Of a stretch of DNA of 64,000 bases, positions 36,535 through 48,300 are shown piece after piece. How positions within the stretch are numbered: position 1 is the stretch's first letter; every line of letters begins with the position of its first letter. Under the pieces are notes generated by a model, which searched no databases, was not told where the DNA came from, and saw nothing but the letters and a program-made list of their open reading frames with translations. The position numbers were made by a program, and so were the translations under genes. The stretch lies in IMG/VR virus record IMGVR_UViG_3300042291_001013. The stretch is one strand, 5' to 3'. This DNA is from a virus (taxonomy: Duplodnaviria > Caudoviricetes).

Positions 36535-38418
36535 ATGAGCAGTTTTACATTTAATCTTGACAGTTTGAAATCCAGCGTTGGCTCAGGAACTGCCAGTGTT
36601 GAAAGTGGCCTTTATTCCAAAACAAAAGATGAAGACTTGATCTACAAAGGAGCAGATACCATTGTATGGGATCGCTCCAATGCTGAACGACTACGCAGAG
36701 GACTTCCAAGTTTAACTGATATTGGATATCCAAGACCTCCTGAAGACACGCCTGCAGAAACTGCACCAGCCACAGCGGCTGACGGCTCTGCAAAAACATT
36801 TGAAATAAAAGGCCCTCCAGGAATGACTCGAGAGCAGGCCCTGGAAATTTTTAAAAAACAAGCTGGCACAGGTGGCCTAGTAGGATTTAAATCTGGCGAC
36901 GTACTCAGTGCCGCAACACAGTCTGCTGATGGACTAGAGTCAGCTCAGGCATCGTTACAACAATCTTTAGCTGGAGTTGGTGGCAGTTTAGGCGGCGGCC
37001 TAGGCGGCATCAACGTTGGGCAAGTACAAAGCGGTATTGCACAAGCAGGTGGTGCTCTGGGAGGATCACTGGCAGGAATTGCTCCAGGACTGACTGCCTT
37101 GGTAGGTCCCGCAGTGAGTTCAATTGCTGGCGGCGCAGGCGGAATAGTAAACAGCGCAAAAGCACTGGCCGGCGGCAGCATAGTATCTGAACTAGCCGGG
37201 CTCAGTAGTGGCATTGGCAAAGCACTAACTGGTGGCGCTGGAATGGTAGGATCTATTGCAGCCACTTCTATCAGCACAATCAACAAAGTAATAACCTCAG
37301 TACCAGTAACCAACCCCATCAACGTTGCAAATTTTGCCACAGCTACCACAGCACTTGGTCCCATTGGATCAATGAATACCAGCCAAGTCACTGCCACTTT
37401 GGCTCAGGCCAGCAAACTAACTGGACAAGCATTTAGTTCTGTTAGTGCCACAGGTGCAGGCGGGTTTGGTCTAGACGTAAGTCAATTGGAAACATCAGGA
37501 TTTGTCAAGCCAGGAACCAGTAACTTTATATCAGACGCTTCTGCATCAGTCAACAGTGTGTTAAAATCGCCATCTGTGTGGACTGGAAAAGAAGGTGTTG
37601 GTAGTTTGTCAAGTCTGCTGAGTAACCCTGGCGCACAGAGTAAAATTCAACAGGACTTGATGGCCAAAGGTGTTGCTGGCCTAGGCGCAGTGGGTGTTCC
37701 AGTTGGGGCTCTTTCAGCACAGGGTCTGGCTGGAATGAGTCTCAACGCCGCAAAGAGCTTGCCCGGCGCAGAAGCGTTTGCCAAAGGATTACCAATTCCA
37801 GGTGACGTTAGTGGTGCAATCAAAGCTGGGTTTGATACCAATGTACGTGACGCGGCATTTGCAGTAAATTTAGCTGACGTCAAAGTACCTGAACCATTCA
37901 AAGCTATTGATATTCCAATACCCAAAAACAACACAGTGTCAAGAGCCACTGTGGATGCGGCTTCTAGTCGCATTGCAGGCAATGAAAAAATACCCACACC
38001 TAACTATGGACCGCCTGCTCCAGCTGACGAATCTGTAGCAGTACAACAGCTCAAGGAACTACAGGCTTTGTTGATTGAAATTGTCAATGACTTAAACAAA
38101 CGACTGAAAGAAATATATACTACTGAGGATCAAGTCAAGGCCTTGCAAAATCAACAGCAAATTACTTCTAATGAATGGAGTGCAGTAAACTCTGAATATC
38201 AAACCGGCAGAAATTACTACAACGACACTGTGGTACCAAAACTGGCTAACTTTACAGAGGTGTACAATCGTGCCGAAAACAATGTGAGAGTGATACTCAG
38301 CGGAGATTACAAAACCCTGGAAAAATTTCTTACGCTCGGTGTAACCCGCAGTCGAGCAGTGAGGGAACAGCTGATGTCCCTGCAATATAAAATAGCAGGC
38401 TACGGTCCTGAAACGTAA
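36535..38418 (+). CDS. Hypothetical baseplate-associated protein (627 aa), G/A/S-rich middle, C-terminal coiled coil
   Basis: Long ORF tightly packed between gp5-like and gp25-like genes. Confidence 0.55.
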   Translation: MSSFTFNLDSLKSSVGSGTASVESGLYSKTKDEDLIYKGADTIVWDRSNAERLRRGLPSLTDIGYPRPPEDTPAETAPATAADGSAKTFEIKGPPGMTREQALEIFKKQAGTGGLVGFKSGDVLSAATQSADGLESAQASLQQSLAGVGGSLGGGLGGINVGQVQSGIAQAGGALGGSLAGIAPGLTALVGPAVSSIAGGAGGIVNSAKALAGGSIVSELAGLSSGIGKALTGGAGMVGSIAATSISTINKVITSVPVTNPINVANFATATTALGPIGSMNTSQVTATLAQASKLTGQAFSSVSATGAGGFGLDVSQLETSGFVKPGTSNFISDASASVNSVLKSPSVWTGKEGVGSLSSLLSNPGAQSKIQQDLMAKGVAGLGAVGVPVGALSAQGLAGMSLNAAKSLPGAEAFAKGLPIPGDVSGAIKAGFDTNVRDAAFAVNLADVKVPEPFKAIDIPIPKNNTVSRATVDAASSRIAGNEKIPTPNYGPPAPADESVAVQQLKELQALLIEIVNDLNKRLKEIYTTEDQVKALQNQQQITSNEWSAVNSEYQTGRNYYNDTVVPKLANFTEVYNRAENNVRVILSGDYKTLEKFLTLGVTRSRAVREQLMSLQYKIAGYGPET

Positions 38419-38438
38419 AAATACCCCATAAATACTGT

Positions 38439-38816
38439 ATGGCAAAGACATTTATTGGTTTTAATACTCAAGGACAATACAAAAAATTTACCTTGACTGG
38501 GTTTGAGTTAATCAAACGCGATCTTCTCAACGCCTTTAACATACGGCAAGGGCAGTTGCCTGGCCGCCCAGAATACGGCACTATTCTCTGGGATTACTTG
38601 TTTGAAAATCAACTTGAAGAATTACAAAACAGTATCACTCGTGAAGTGCAACGTGTGGCTGGCGGCGATCCTCGAATCTACATCAGTGACGTACAAACTT
38701 TCCCCCAGGAAAATGGCATTTTGATACAGGTTGAACTTGCTGTAATACCGTCTACTGATGCCGAGCGACTAAGTATTTTTTTCAACAACACAACTCGCAC
38801 AGCCTCCTACGTATAA
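38439..38816 (+). CDS. gp25: Baseplate wedge subunit (gp25/GPW-like)
   Basis: LIKRDLLNAFNIRQG...GRPEYGT.LW..LFE...DPRI motif; TAAATA at 38429-38434. Confidence 0.85.
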   Translation: MAKTFIGFNTQGQYKKFTLTGFELIKRDLLNAFNIRQGQLPGRPEYGTILWDYLFENQLEELQNSITREVQRVAGGDPRIYISDVQTFPQENGILIQVELAVIPSTDAERLSIFFNNTTRTASYV

Positions 38817-38862
38817 CCTAGCCGTTTTTGATGCCGATAAATAAAACATAGAGGCTCTAACA

Positions 38863-41800
38863 ATGGCAACCACAACAAGACAAACAGCAATATTTGGTGT
38901 AGAAGACTGGAAACAGATCTACCAAACCTATCGCGAAGCAGACTTCCAAAGCTACGACTTTGAAACCCTGCGCAAAAGTTTTGTAGATTATCTGCGTTTG
39001 TACTACCCAGAAACTTTCAATGATTATATTGAAAGTTCAGAATTCATTGCGTTGTTAGACGTCATTGCTTTTATGGGCCAGGCCATGGCCTTCCGCACAG
39101 ATCTAAACACTCGCGAAAACTACCTGGACACTGCTGAACGTAGAGACTCAGTGATCAAATTGGCTAATCTTGTAAGCTACACAGCCAAGCGTAACACAGC
39201 CGCCCAGGGTCTGCTCAAAGTTCTCAATGTTACCACAACAGAAAACGTGGTTGATTATCAAGGCGTAAATTTGGCCAACGTCACTGTGGATTGGGCTGAC
39301 CCCACAAATCCTGACTGGCAAGAACAGTTTACAGCAATTATCAATGCTTCACTGTTGGATACTCAGCGCATTGGTCGTCCAGGCAATCGTCAAACCATGC
39401 TGGGTGTTAGAACTGACGAGTATGGTATTAACTTGGTGCCTGGCTATTTGCCCATTGTTCCGTACACGGCCACAGTTGACGGCATTTCAATGCCGTTTGA
39501 GGCCATGAGCTCAACCAGTGTTGGTCGAGATTATTTGTATGAGCCCAGTCCCACTGTTGGCAACCCATTTAATATTTTGTTTCGCAATGATCAGTTGGGG
39601 TTCCAAAGCGCCAACACTGGTTATTTCTTTATGTTCAAGCAAGGTGTTTTGCAAAATCAAGATTTTAACCTAGCTGAAAAAATTTCTAATCGCACAGTAA
39701 ACGTCAATATTGAAGGCATCAACAACGAAGATCATTGGTTGTTTCAGCTTGACAACGTGGGCAATGTGTCACGTGAGTGGAAATATACTGAAAACATTTA
39801 TAGTGCGGCAGCTGAACAAATTGGCACAGACCTAAGTCCCATTTATACAATTACCAGTAGAACCAACGATCAAATCACCATGGTGTTTGGCGATGGTGTG
39901 TTCTCAGAAATTCCAGTGGGCACATTCCGTGCCTATGTTCGTGCGTCAAACGGTTTGCAGTACATTATCAACCCTGAAGAAATGCAAGCTGTGACCATTC
40001 CCATCAGCTACATCAGTCGTAGCGGTAACTTGCAAACCATCACCTTCACTTGCGGCATTACTCGTCCAGTAAGCAACAGTCAAGCACGTGAAAGCGTTGA
40101 AGCAATCAAGCAACGTGCTCCTGCTCGCTACTACACACAAAACCGCATGGTCAACGGTGAAGACTACAACCTCTTCCCATACACACAGTACAATTCAATT
40201 GTAAAATCAAAAGCATTGAACCGTTCGTCAATTGGTACCAGTCGTTATCTGGACTTGATTGACAACACTGGCAAATATTCAAGTATCAACACCTTTGGCA
40301 GTGATGGCGGATTGTGGGAACAAAATATTCTTCCTACTATCCTGTTCTCTTGGACCAGTCGAAATGAAATTGCCGACGTTGTGACCAATCAGGTGCAACC
40401 GCAACTGGCTGACTCTACCATGCGCCAGTTTTATTATGGTAACTTTCCAAGGGTCACAGAAACAAACTTACCTTATGCCACCACCTGGTTAACAGGAACC
40501 ACCTGGCAACAAAGCACTACTTTGGCCAACGAGACCACCGGCTATTTTGTCAATGGTTCAGGCGTACCAGTACCTGTAGGCAACACCACAACCACAATGT
40601 TGAAATATGCAGCCGTGGGAGCATTGATTAAATTTGTTGCACCCACTGGTTATTACTTTGATGGCAATAACAAACTGCAACAGGGCACTGCAACTCGAGC
40701 TGACGAAACCACAGAAATTTGGGCTAGCCCACTGCAAGTTGTTGGCGATGGCTACAACAACGGAATTGGCAATCTGAGTTCAGGTGCCGGACCAATCACA
40801 ATCAACAACTTTGTGCCTACGGGCGCCATTGTTGACACACTGATTCCGTTGTTTGTAACTGATTTGCCCTTGGACCTTGAACAGGCCATGGCTGAACAAA
40901 TCTTGTTGTATCGCAACTTTGGTATTGGCTATGACAGTAACGGCAGTTTACCAATTACAAATTATACCCCAGGCTCCTGGTACTTGATTACCAGCACTAA
41001 CCTGGCACAAGATGCTACTTGGAGTCAACAGTACGCTGGTAACACTTCGGGCGCTAACCTTGACGCCAGCTGGCTGGTACAGTTTACAACAGAAAATCAA
41101 AACTATACCATTAGTTTTCGCGGCCTGGCCTATTACTTTGGATCAGTGTTACAAACACGATTCTTCTTTTATGGTGACCAACAAGTATATGACAGCCGTA
41201 CTGGCACAGTGATCAAGGACTTTATCAATGTGTTGGCAGTGAACACACAACCTGACAGCACTGCTACCTTGCCTGGAAACATCTATATGACCATCACAGG
41301 ACAACCGGTAGAAAGCGACGGCTATGTGGATGACTTCCAGGTGCTAGTAGGCTACCGAGACAGTGACAATGACGGTGTTCCAGACAATCCAGATTTCTTT
41401 GACGAAATTGTTGCACCCACAGTTGATGCCAATCAAAAGTTGATATTTTTGCAAAAGACCATAGACTTTGATAACCTGCAACGTTTTCTACTGGTTGAGC
41501 CAGGCGTTGTCAACAGCGACTATCCCACCTATGATGATTTAGAATTGGTAAAACTAGAGTGGAGCCCAGGACAGGTATTTTATGCCTACGCTGACGAAGA
41601 TTTTTATCAACTGTCTGTTGGTACCACTGGTGTGCGCACCTTGATTGATGTCAGCAACGAATGGATTGCCAGAACTGGCCGCCAGGCTCTGTACTATCAG
41701 TATCGCCACAACTCACCACTAACCAATAGAATTGATCCAGGCACAACCAACATCATTGACTTGTATGTTGTGACCCTGGCCTATTATACAGCATACCAAA

Positions 41801-42321
41801 ACTGGATTCGTGACACAACTGGCACTGTGACTGAGCCTGCACAGCCCACAATTGATGAGCTTTCAACAGCGTATCAAGGACTGAATGATTATAAAATGTT
41901 GAGCGATAATATTATTTTAAATTCCGTAACATTTAAACCGTTGTTTGGAGAAAAGGCTGCAAGTAGTTTACGAGCCACAATCAAAGTTATTCGTGCTTCA
42001 AATTCCACTGCCAGCACCAGCGAAATAAAAAGCGCAGTTGTGGCAGCCATGAACGATTATTTCTCAATTGACAAATGGAACTTTGGAGACACTTTCTACT
42101 TCAGTGAACTTGCGGCTTACTTGCATCGTACACTGGGATCAATTATTAGCTCAGTGGTACTAGTACCACTGGACACACAAAAATACTTTGGAGACCTTTA
42201 CGAAATTCGTTCAGAACCCAATGAAATTTTTGCCAACGGTGCCACAATCAACAACATTGATGTGATTGAAGCATTGACCAGTACCAACCTGCGTACTGCA
42301 CCAGGTAGCGGAGTAATTTAA
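38863..42321 (+). CDS. gp6: Baseplate wedge protein (gp6-like)
   Basis: DFETLRKSFVDYLR, FNDYIESSE...LLDV+A, EN+LDTAERRDSV..LA..+.Y, RMVNGEDY motifs; TAAATA at 38838-38843. Confidence 0.85.
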   Translation: MATTTRQTAIFGVEDWKQIYQTYREADFQSYDFETLRKSFVDYLRLYYPETFNDYIESSEFIALLDVIAFMGQAMAFRTDLNTRENYLDTAERRDSVIKLANLVSYTAKRNTAAQGLLKVLNVTTTENVVDYQGVNLANVTVDWADPTNPDWQEQFTAIINASLLDTQRIGRPGNRQTMLGVRTDEYGINLVPGYLPIVPYTATVDGISMPFEAMSSTSVGRDYLYEPSPTVGNPFNILFRNDQLGFQSANTGYFFMFKQGVLQNQDFNLAEKISNRTVNVNIEGINNEDHWLFQLDNVGNVSREWKYTENIYSAAAEQIGTDLSPIYTITSRTNDQITMVFGDGVFSEIPVGTFRAYVRASNGLQYIINPEEMQAVTIPISYISRSGNLQTITFTCGITRPVSNSQARESVEAIKQRAPARYYTQNRMVNGEDYNLFPYTQYNSIVKSKALNRSSIGTSRYLDLIDNTGKYSSINTFGSDGGLWEQNILPTILFSWTSRNEIADVVTNQVQPQLADSTMRQFYYGNFPRVTETNLPYATTWLTGTTWQQSTTLANETTGYFVNGSGVPVPVGNTTTTMLKYAAVGALIKFVAPTGYYFDGNNKLQQGTATRADETTEIWASPLQVVGDGYNNGIGNLSSGAGPITINNFVPTGAIVDTLIPLFVTDLPLDLEQAMAEQILLYRNFGIGYDSNGSLPITNYTPGSWYLITSTNLAQDATWSQQYAGNTSGANLDASWLVQFTTENQNYTISFRGLAYYFGSVLQTRFFFYGDQQVYDSRTGTVIKDFINVLAVNTQPDSTATLPGNIYMTITGQPVESDGYVDDFQVLVGYRDSDNDGVPDNPDFFDEIVAPTVDANQKLIFLQKTIDFDNLQRFLLVEPGVVNSDYPTYDDLELVKLEWSPGQVFYAYADEDFYQLSVGTTGVRTLIDVSNEWIARTGRQALYYQYRHNSPLTNRIDPGTTNIIDLYVVTLAYYTAYQNWIRDTTGTVTEPAQPTIDELSTAYQGLNDYKMLSDNIILNSVTFKPLFGEKAASSLRATIKVIRASNSTASTSEIKSAVVAAMNDYFSIDKWNFGDTFYFSELAAYLHRTLGSIISSVVLVPLDTQKYFGDLYEIRSEPNEIFANGATINNIDVIEALTSTNLRTAPGSGVI

Positions 42322-45300
42322 TGGCAACAGTTCGTAGTGTTGATTTTCTTCCTGAAATTTTTCAGACTGATGCCAACAAGCAATTTTTAAGAGCCACTCT
42401 TGATCAGTTGATTCAAGAGCCCAAGTTTAAAAAGACTCAAGGCTTTATTGGGCGCACAGTGGGCCCAGGTGTAAATCCCAACGACAAATATGTAGTTGAA
42501 CCCACAGATACTCGAGCCAACTATCAACTTGAGCCTGGCGTTATTAGTTTGGTTCCAGACACTGACACTATTCAAAATGCAATCACATATCCAGGCTTGA
42601 ATGATGCTATTGGATTCCAGGGTGGCAACAACGGCAGACCAGATCGCTTGTACGAAAGTGAATATTACAGCTGGGATCCGTTTGTTGACTTTGACTCATT
42701 TGTAAACTTCAGTCAGTATTTTTGGTTGCCCAACGGACCCGAAGTGGTTGACGTAGCGGCAACAGGCGTAGCAACATCAGACAATTTTATAGTAGATCGC
42801 GAAAATGGTGTGTATACTTTCTCAGGCGTGGCTGGAGAAAATCCTATTATTGAATTGGTGCGTGGCGGCAGTTACACATTCCAAGTTGCGCAAAACAACA
42901 AAGAAACTGTGAACTATCGTGTGCGCAACCAAGGCATTAGTTCATATGTGATTGACTTCCAGAACAACCCAACACTGACTTTGTCTCGTGGTAACACCTA
43001 TGTGTTTAACCTGACACTAAACGGCGACTTCCCATTCTGGATTAAAACTGCGCCAGTCACTGGCCTTGGCAGTCCCTACAACAGCGGTGTTAGCCGCAAT
43101 GGTGCAGTGACTGGACTTGTGACATTTACTGTGCCACAAGACGCACCAGATACTTTGTACTACATCAGTCAAACACAAAGCAACATGCAAGGCGAGTTGA
43201 ATATTGTGGACGGCGTACCGGGTACAGGTCCAGGATTTTGGATTCAAGCCGCCCCTGGTGTGAGTGGTCTCATACCCACAACACCCAATATCAGCAGTCG
43301 CGATGTGTTTGGTGTAACTGGCAACGGTGAAGATTTGGGCACTATTGTTTTCAACGTGCCCAGTAAAACAGCGCAGAGTTTTTACTACGATCTCAACCCC
43401 ATTACTTCAATTGACTTGATAACTGGACTAAAGTTTGATGAAATCAACAACCAACCAGTTGATCAATTTATTTTACAATACGGCGGCATTGACGGCATCA
43501 CAAACTTGAATGGCCGCACACTGATATTCACTAATCCTCTTACAGATGACACTGATGGCGGATGGCTACGCACAACGTTGTTTGATCCTTTAGAGCCTGG
43601 CGCTGCCAACAATGGCCTAGCAGGCAGTTTTGACTCACTACCATATGACCAAACTCTGATAATTGAACCTGAACAACGCTATCAGCGTTGGCAAATTTCT
43701 TATGTCAACGTTGCTGGTACAAATTATCTTTACTGTTCCAAGATTGCTGACATTGCGCCCTTGGACAAGTTCAACATTGGGTACGGCAATACGTACAGTA
43801 ATACTCAATGGTACAAAGACGCTACTGGCACATTCAAACAAGTTCCATTGTTGACAGCAGTACAAGATACCTTGTACTATCAAGACGGAACTGATCCTGA
43901 AATCTTTGGCACTATCAAGTTGCTTGAGCAAACTGGTGCGTCTACTTTGTTTGTGGATCAAATTTTGGGACGTAAAACCTACACCAGTCCCAACGGAGTT
44001 GAATTTAGCAATGGTCTCAAAGTTAGATTTACAAGCGACGTAAGTCCAGCCAGTTATGGATCAGGCACTACTTCAATTACCTATACCGAAACTGAATCAG
44101 GCACAAATTATATCACGTCTAACAGCAGTAATAATTTGTATGTAGGGGAACAAATTGTATTCAATAGCCCAAGCCTTGGAGGCCTGTTGCCTGGTCAAAC
44201 TTATTATGTGCGAAGCATAGCGGCCAGCGGGTTAAAATTTACAGTCAGCACCGTGGACGGCGGCCCAGCAGTTTCTTTATTGACTGGAACTGGCACGGCC
44301 TTTGCAACCTCAATCAGCAATGTAGAATATTATGTTAGCGGTGTTGGCACCAGCATTGAACTGTTGCCAGTAAGAGATTTTACCACACCAGAAACCTATG
44401 TGGTTGACGCATTTGACAGTACCATTGCCACAGAACCTGACCAACTGGACTATCTCACAATTAGCCGAGCCAGCAAAGACCTCAACGCATGGACACGTAG
44501 CAACCGCTGGTTCCACATTGATGTGATCAATGCCACAGCTGACTACAACAACTCTGTGGCTGTGTTGGACAACAACTATCGAGCCAAACGCCCAGTTATT
44601 CAATTCCGTCCAGGTATTAGACTCTGGAACATGGGCACCAGCGGCAAAGCGCCAGTTGATATCATTGACTTTGATGAAACTGATGCCTTTAGTAATATTG
44701 AAGGATCAACCAGTTACAGCACAGATGGTTACACTTTTGTAGAAGGCACACGAGTAATCTTTGCCGCAGACACAGATGCAGACGTGCGAGACAAAATTTA
44801 CATTGTGAGTTTTGTAACCCCTGACACTGTTGCTCCACTAATAGCACAACCTATTATTGTGTTGACCCTGGCTGCTGATGGTTTGATCAGTCTTGATCAA
44901 AGCACTGTCTGCTTGTATGGCAACAGCTTGCAGGGTCTAACCTTTTGGTATGATGGCACTGAGTGGACTCAAGCACAGCAAAAAACTGGTGTACAGCAAG
45001 CCCCATTGTTCAACGTGTATGACCCCCAAAGCGTAAGTTTTGGCGACGGAACCAAGTATCAGTCTACAACTTTTGCAGGCAGCAAACTATTCAGTTATGC
45101 TGTGGGCGACAGTTCTATATTGGATCCAGTACTGCAATTCCCCCTGCAATACTTGAACATCAACAACGTTGGTGACATTGTGTTTGTCAACAACTTGTAC
45201 AATGACACATTCTTGTATGTGGTTGACAACGTTTCTGTAACCAGTGACATCAGCTCAGGCTCAGTGCGAGAATATACCACACGAGAAACTTATCAAAAGT

Positions 45301-48300
45301 TGTTGGGTTGGCAAACTGCCATCTCAGACAGCAAAGTTTACCAACAGTTTAAATTTAGTTACAGTGGCACCACACTAAAACTTGACGTGTCTGTGTTGAA
45401 TCAAGTAACTTCCGCTGTGCCTGTGATCAAAGTCTATTTTGGTAGTGAGTTCCAAGATCCAGGAACATACACTTATATTACCACTAGTAACAGTACCACA
45501 ATCACTTTGAATGGTACCTATGTGCTTGGCGACATCATTGAAGTGTTGGCTCTAAGCAATCAAACCAGTCAAGCGGCGTTTTATCAGGTGCCCAATAATC
45601 TTGAATCAAATCCGCTTAATGCCAACAGCCCCAATTTTACCTTGGGTACTATTCGCCAACACTATCAGAGCATTTGCGAAAACTTGCTGACCTTGAGAGG
45701 TCCGGTAAACGGCGCCAACAACACTAGGGACCTTGGTGATATCATACCTTATGGTCTTACAATTTTACAACAAAGCTCACCACTGACTCTGGCAGGTTAT
45801 TTCATGCGCAGTCAAGACTACAATATATTTGCGGCGTTGCAATACAACAGCCAAGAGTATTTGAAGTTCAAAGCACAGATGTTAGACTCAGTAATCAGTC
45901 AAAACATTGGGTTCAATTCAACCGCACAGATTCTTGACACTGCAATTCAAAATATCACGTTGGGCAAGCTGGATAGTCAGCCATTCTATTGGGGTGACAT
46001 GATCCCACAAGGGGTCACAACCTACAGCAACAGCTACACTGTGAGTTTTATTACTCGTCCCACATTTGACACTGTTCAAGTGTATAACTTTGAATCAGCA
46101 AATTATCTTGGCCTTTGTGTATACATCAACGATGTAATTCTGGTACGTGGAGTAGACTATGATGTTGCCACAGATGGCCCACGTCTTACTATCACCCGCA
46201 CATTGAATTTGGGTGACATTGTGTTGATCAACGAGTATTCAGAAACTTATGGTGCATTTGTTCCCAACACACCTACCAAAATGGGATTGTACCCAGCCTA
46301 CATTCCTGTTATCACTGATCAAGTAACCAGTACTGGAACCGAAACTGTTATTATCGGGCACGATGGCAGTGTTACCAAAGCGTTTGGCGACCTGCGTGAC
46401 GAAGTGCTGTTGGAGTTTGAAAAACGAGTTTACAGCAATCTCAAGTTGGATGGAAATCCTGTACCAATAACAATTGAAGAAGTATTGCCCGGTGAGTTCC
46501 GCGAAACTGGATTTACATTTGAAGAAATCAATACTATTTTTGCTCAAGACCTATTGAGCTACTGTGGCTGGAACAAACTGGATTACAAAACACAAAACTT
46601 CTCGGCCAATAACGAGTTCACGTGGAATTACAGCACTGCTACCAACAAGCTCAATAATGAAAATTTATTGGGTGCCTGGCGCGGTATCTATCGCTATTTC
46701 TATGACACACAACAGCCAAGTCTGAGTCCTTGGGAAATGTTGGGATTGGCAGAGAAACCACTGTGGTGGGAAGGTCGCTATGGCACAGCGCCATACACAT
46801 CAGACAACTTGGTTTTATGGGATGACCTAGAAGCCGGCTATGTTGCTGATCCTGTGGCCCCATTCTATCGTCCTGAGTATGCTCGTCCAGGCTTGACCAA
46901 GGTAATTCCAGTTGATGATCAAGGCAACTTGGTCAGCCCATTTGTCAGTGTGGTCAGCAACTATCAAGAAAATCAATTCCAGAAGTCGTGGGCCATTGGT
47001 GATGGCGGCCCAGTTGAAGCGTCATGGTGGAACAGCAGTGCATATCCTTTCTCAGTAATGCATGTGCTTGCAGTCACACGCCCAGCCAAGTTCTTTGCAC
47101 TGTTTGCTGACCGCGATCGATACAAGTATAACGAAGATTATCAACAATATCTGTACGACAATCGTTACCGCCTGGATGCCAATGGAGTTCAAGTGTATGG
47201 CAATGGTGTCAGCAAAGCCAGTTTCATGGACTGGATTGTGGACTTTAACCGTCAGACTGGTATTAATTCTACTGATGCATTACAAGCAGACCTCAAGAGT
47301 CTTGACGTAAGACTGTGCTATCGCATGGCCAGCTTTAGTGACAAACAGTATATTAAACTTTACACTGAAAAGTCCAGTCCCAACTCTACCAATACTGCGT
47401 TGCAGATTCCTGATGAGAGTTACAATGTATTGCTGTATAAGAATCAGCCGTTTGATCGAGTAATTTACAGCTCAGTTGCAGTGCAAAAAGTTGCAGGCGG
47501 ATATGCAGTATTTGGTTATGGTAACAGCCAGCCTTACTTCAACATCCTGGAAAGCAAGGCAGTGGGCAAAATGCAAACAATTACCACGTCAGGCATTACT
47601 ATCAAAGTGCCAACATTTTACACTGATAACGTTGTACAAGTTCCATACGGATTTATCTTTACCAACGCAACCAGTGTAGCAGACTTTTTGTTAAGCTACG
47701 GACAATTTTTACAGCGTCAAGGACTGGCATTTACCAACATTGCCAATGGTTATGTGCTGGACTGGGGCAGAATGGTCAACGAATTCCTGTACTGGACTGC
47801 ACAAGGCTGGGGCGAAGATGCTATCATTAATTTGAATCCCTTGGCAGCAGGATTGGATATCACACGACCACAAGCTATTGTGGACAGCGTCAACGCTGAA
47901 ACTACTGAGAATTTAATACTGGATCAAAACTCACGCGAAATATCCAGCCGCAATCTCAATGTTGTGCGCCTGGGCAACTACTTTTCTATCCAGCCCCTGA
48001 GCACACAAAGTCTCAGCTACATTGATCTGCGCTACACCAACTATGAACACATGATTGTGTTGGACAACCAAAGTGTGTTTGGTGATTTGATTTATGATCC
48101 AATCACTGGCGCTAGACAAAGTCGTTTGAATTTGATTGCGGCCACTAGCGATGAATGGAACGGCAGTGTTGACGCTCCGGGCTTTATTTTAAATCAAGAC
48201 AACGTTGAAGAGTGGACTGGCCTGCGCACTTACACCAAAGGCGAAATTGTCAAATACAAGAACGTGTACTGGTCAGCATTGACCATTGTACAACCAACAG

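Noticed and set aside
2295-38837. Possible second conserved element (TAA(A/C)C...TTTT) upstream of some late boxes
   Set aside because: Seen loosely at about four promoters with inconsistent spacing; indistinguishable by eye from AT-rich intergenic background.
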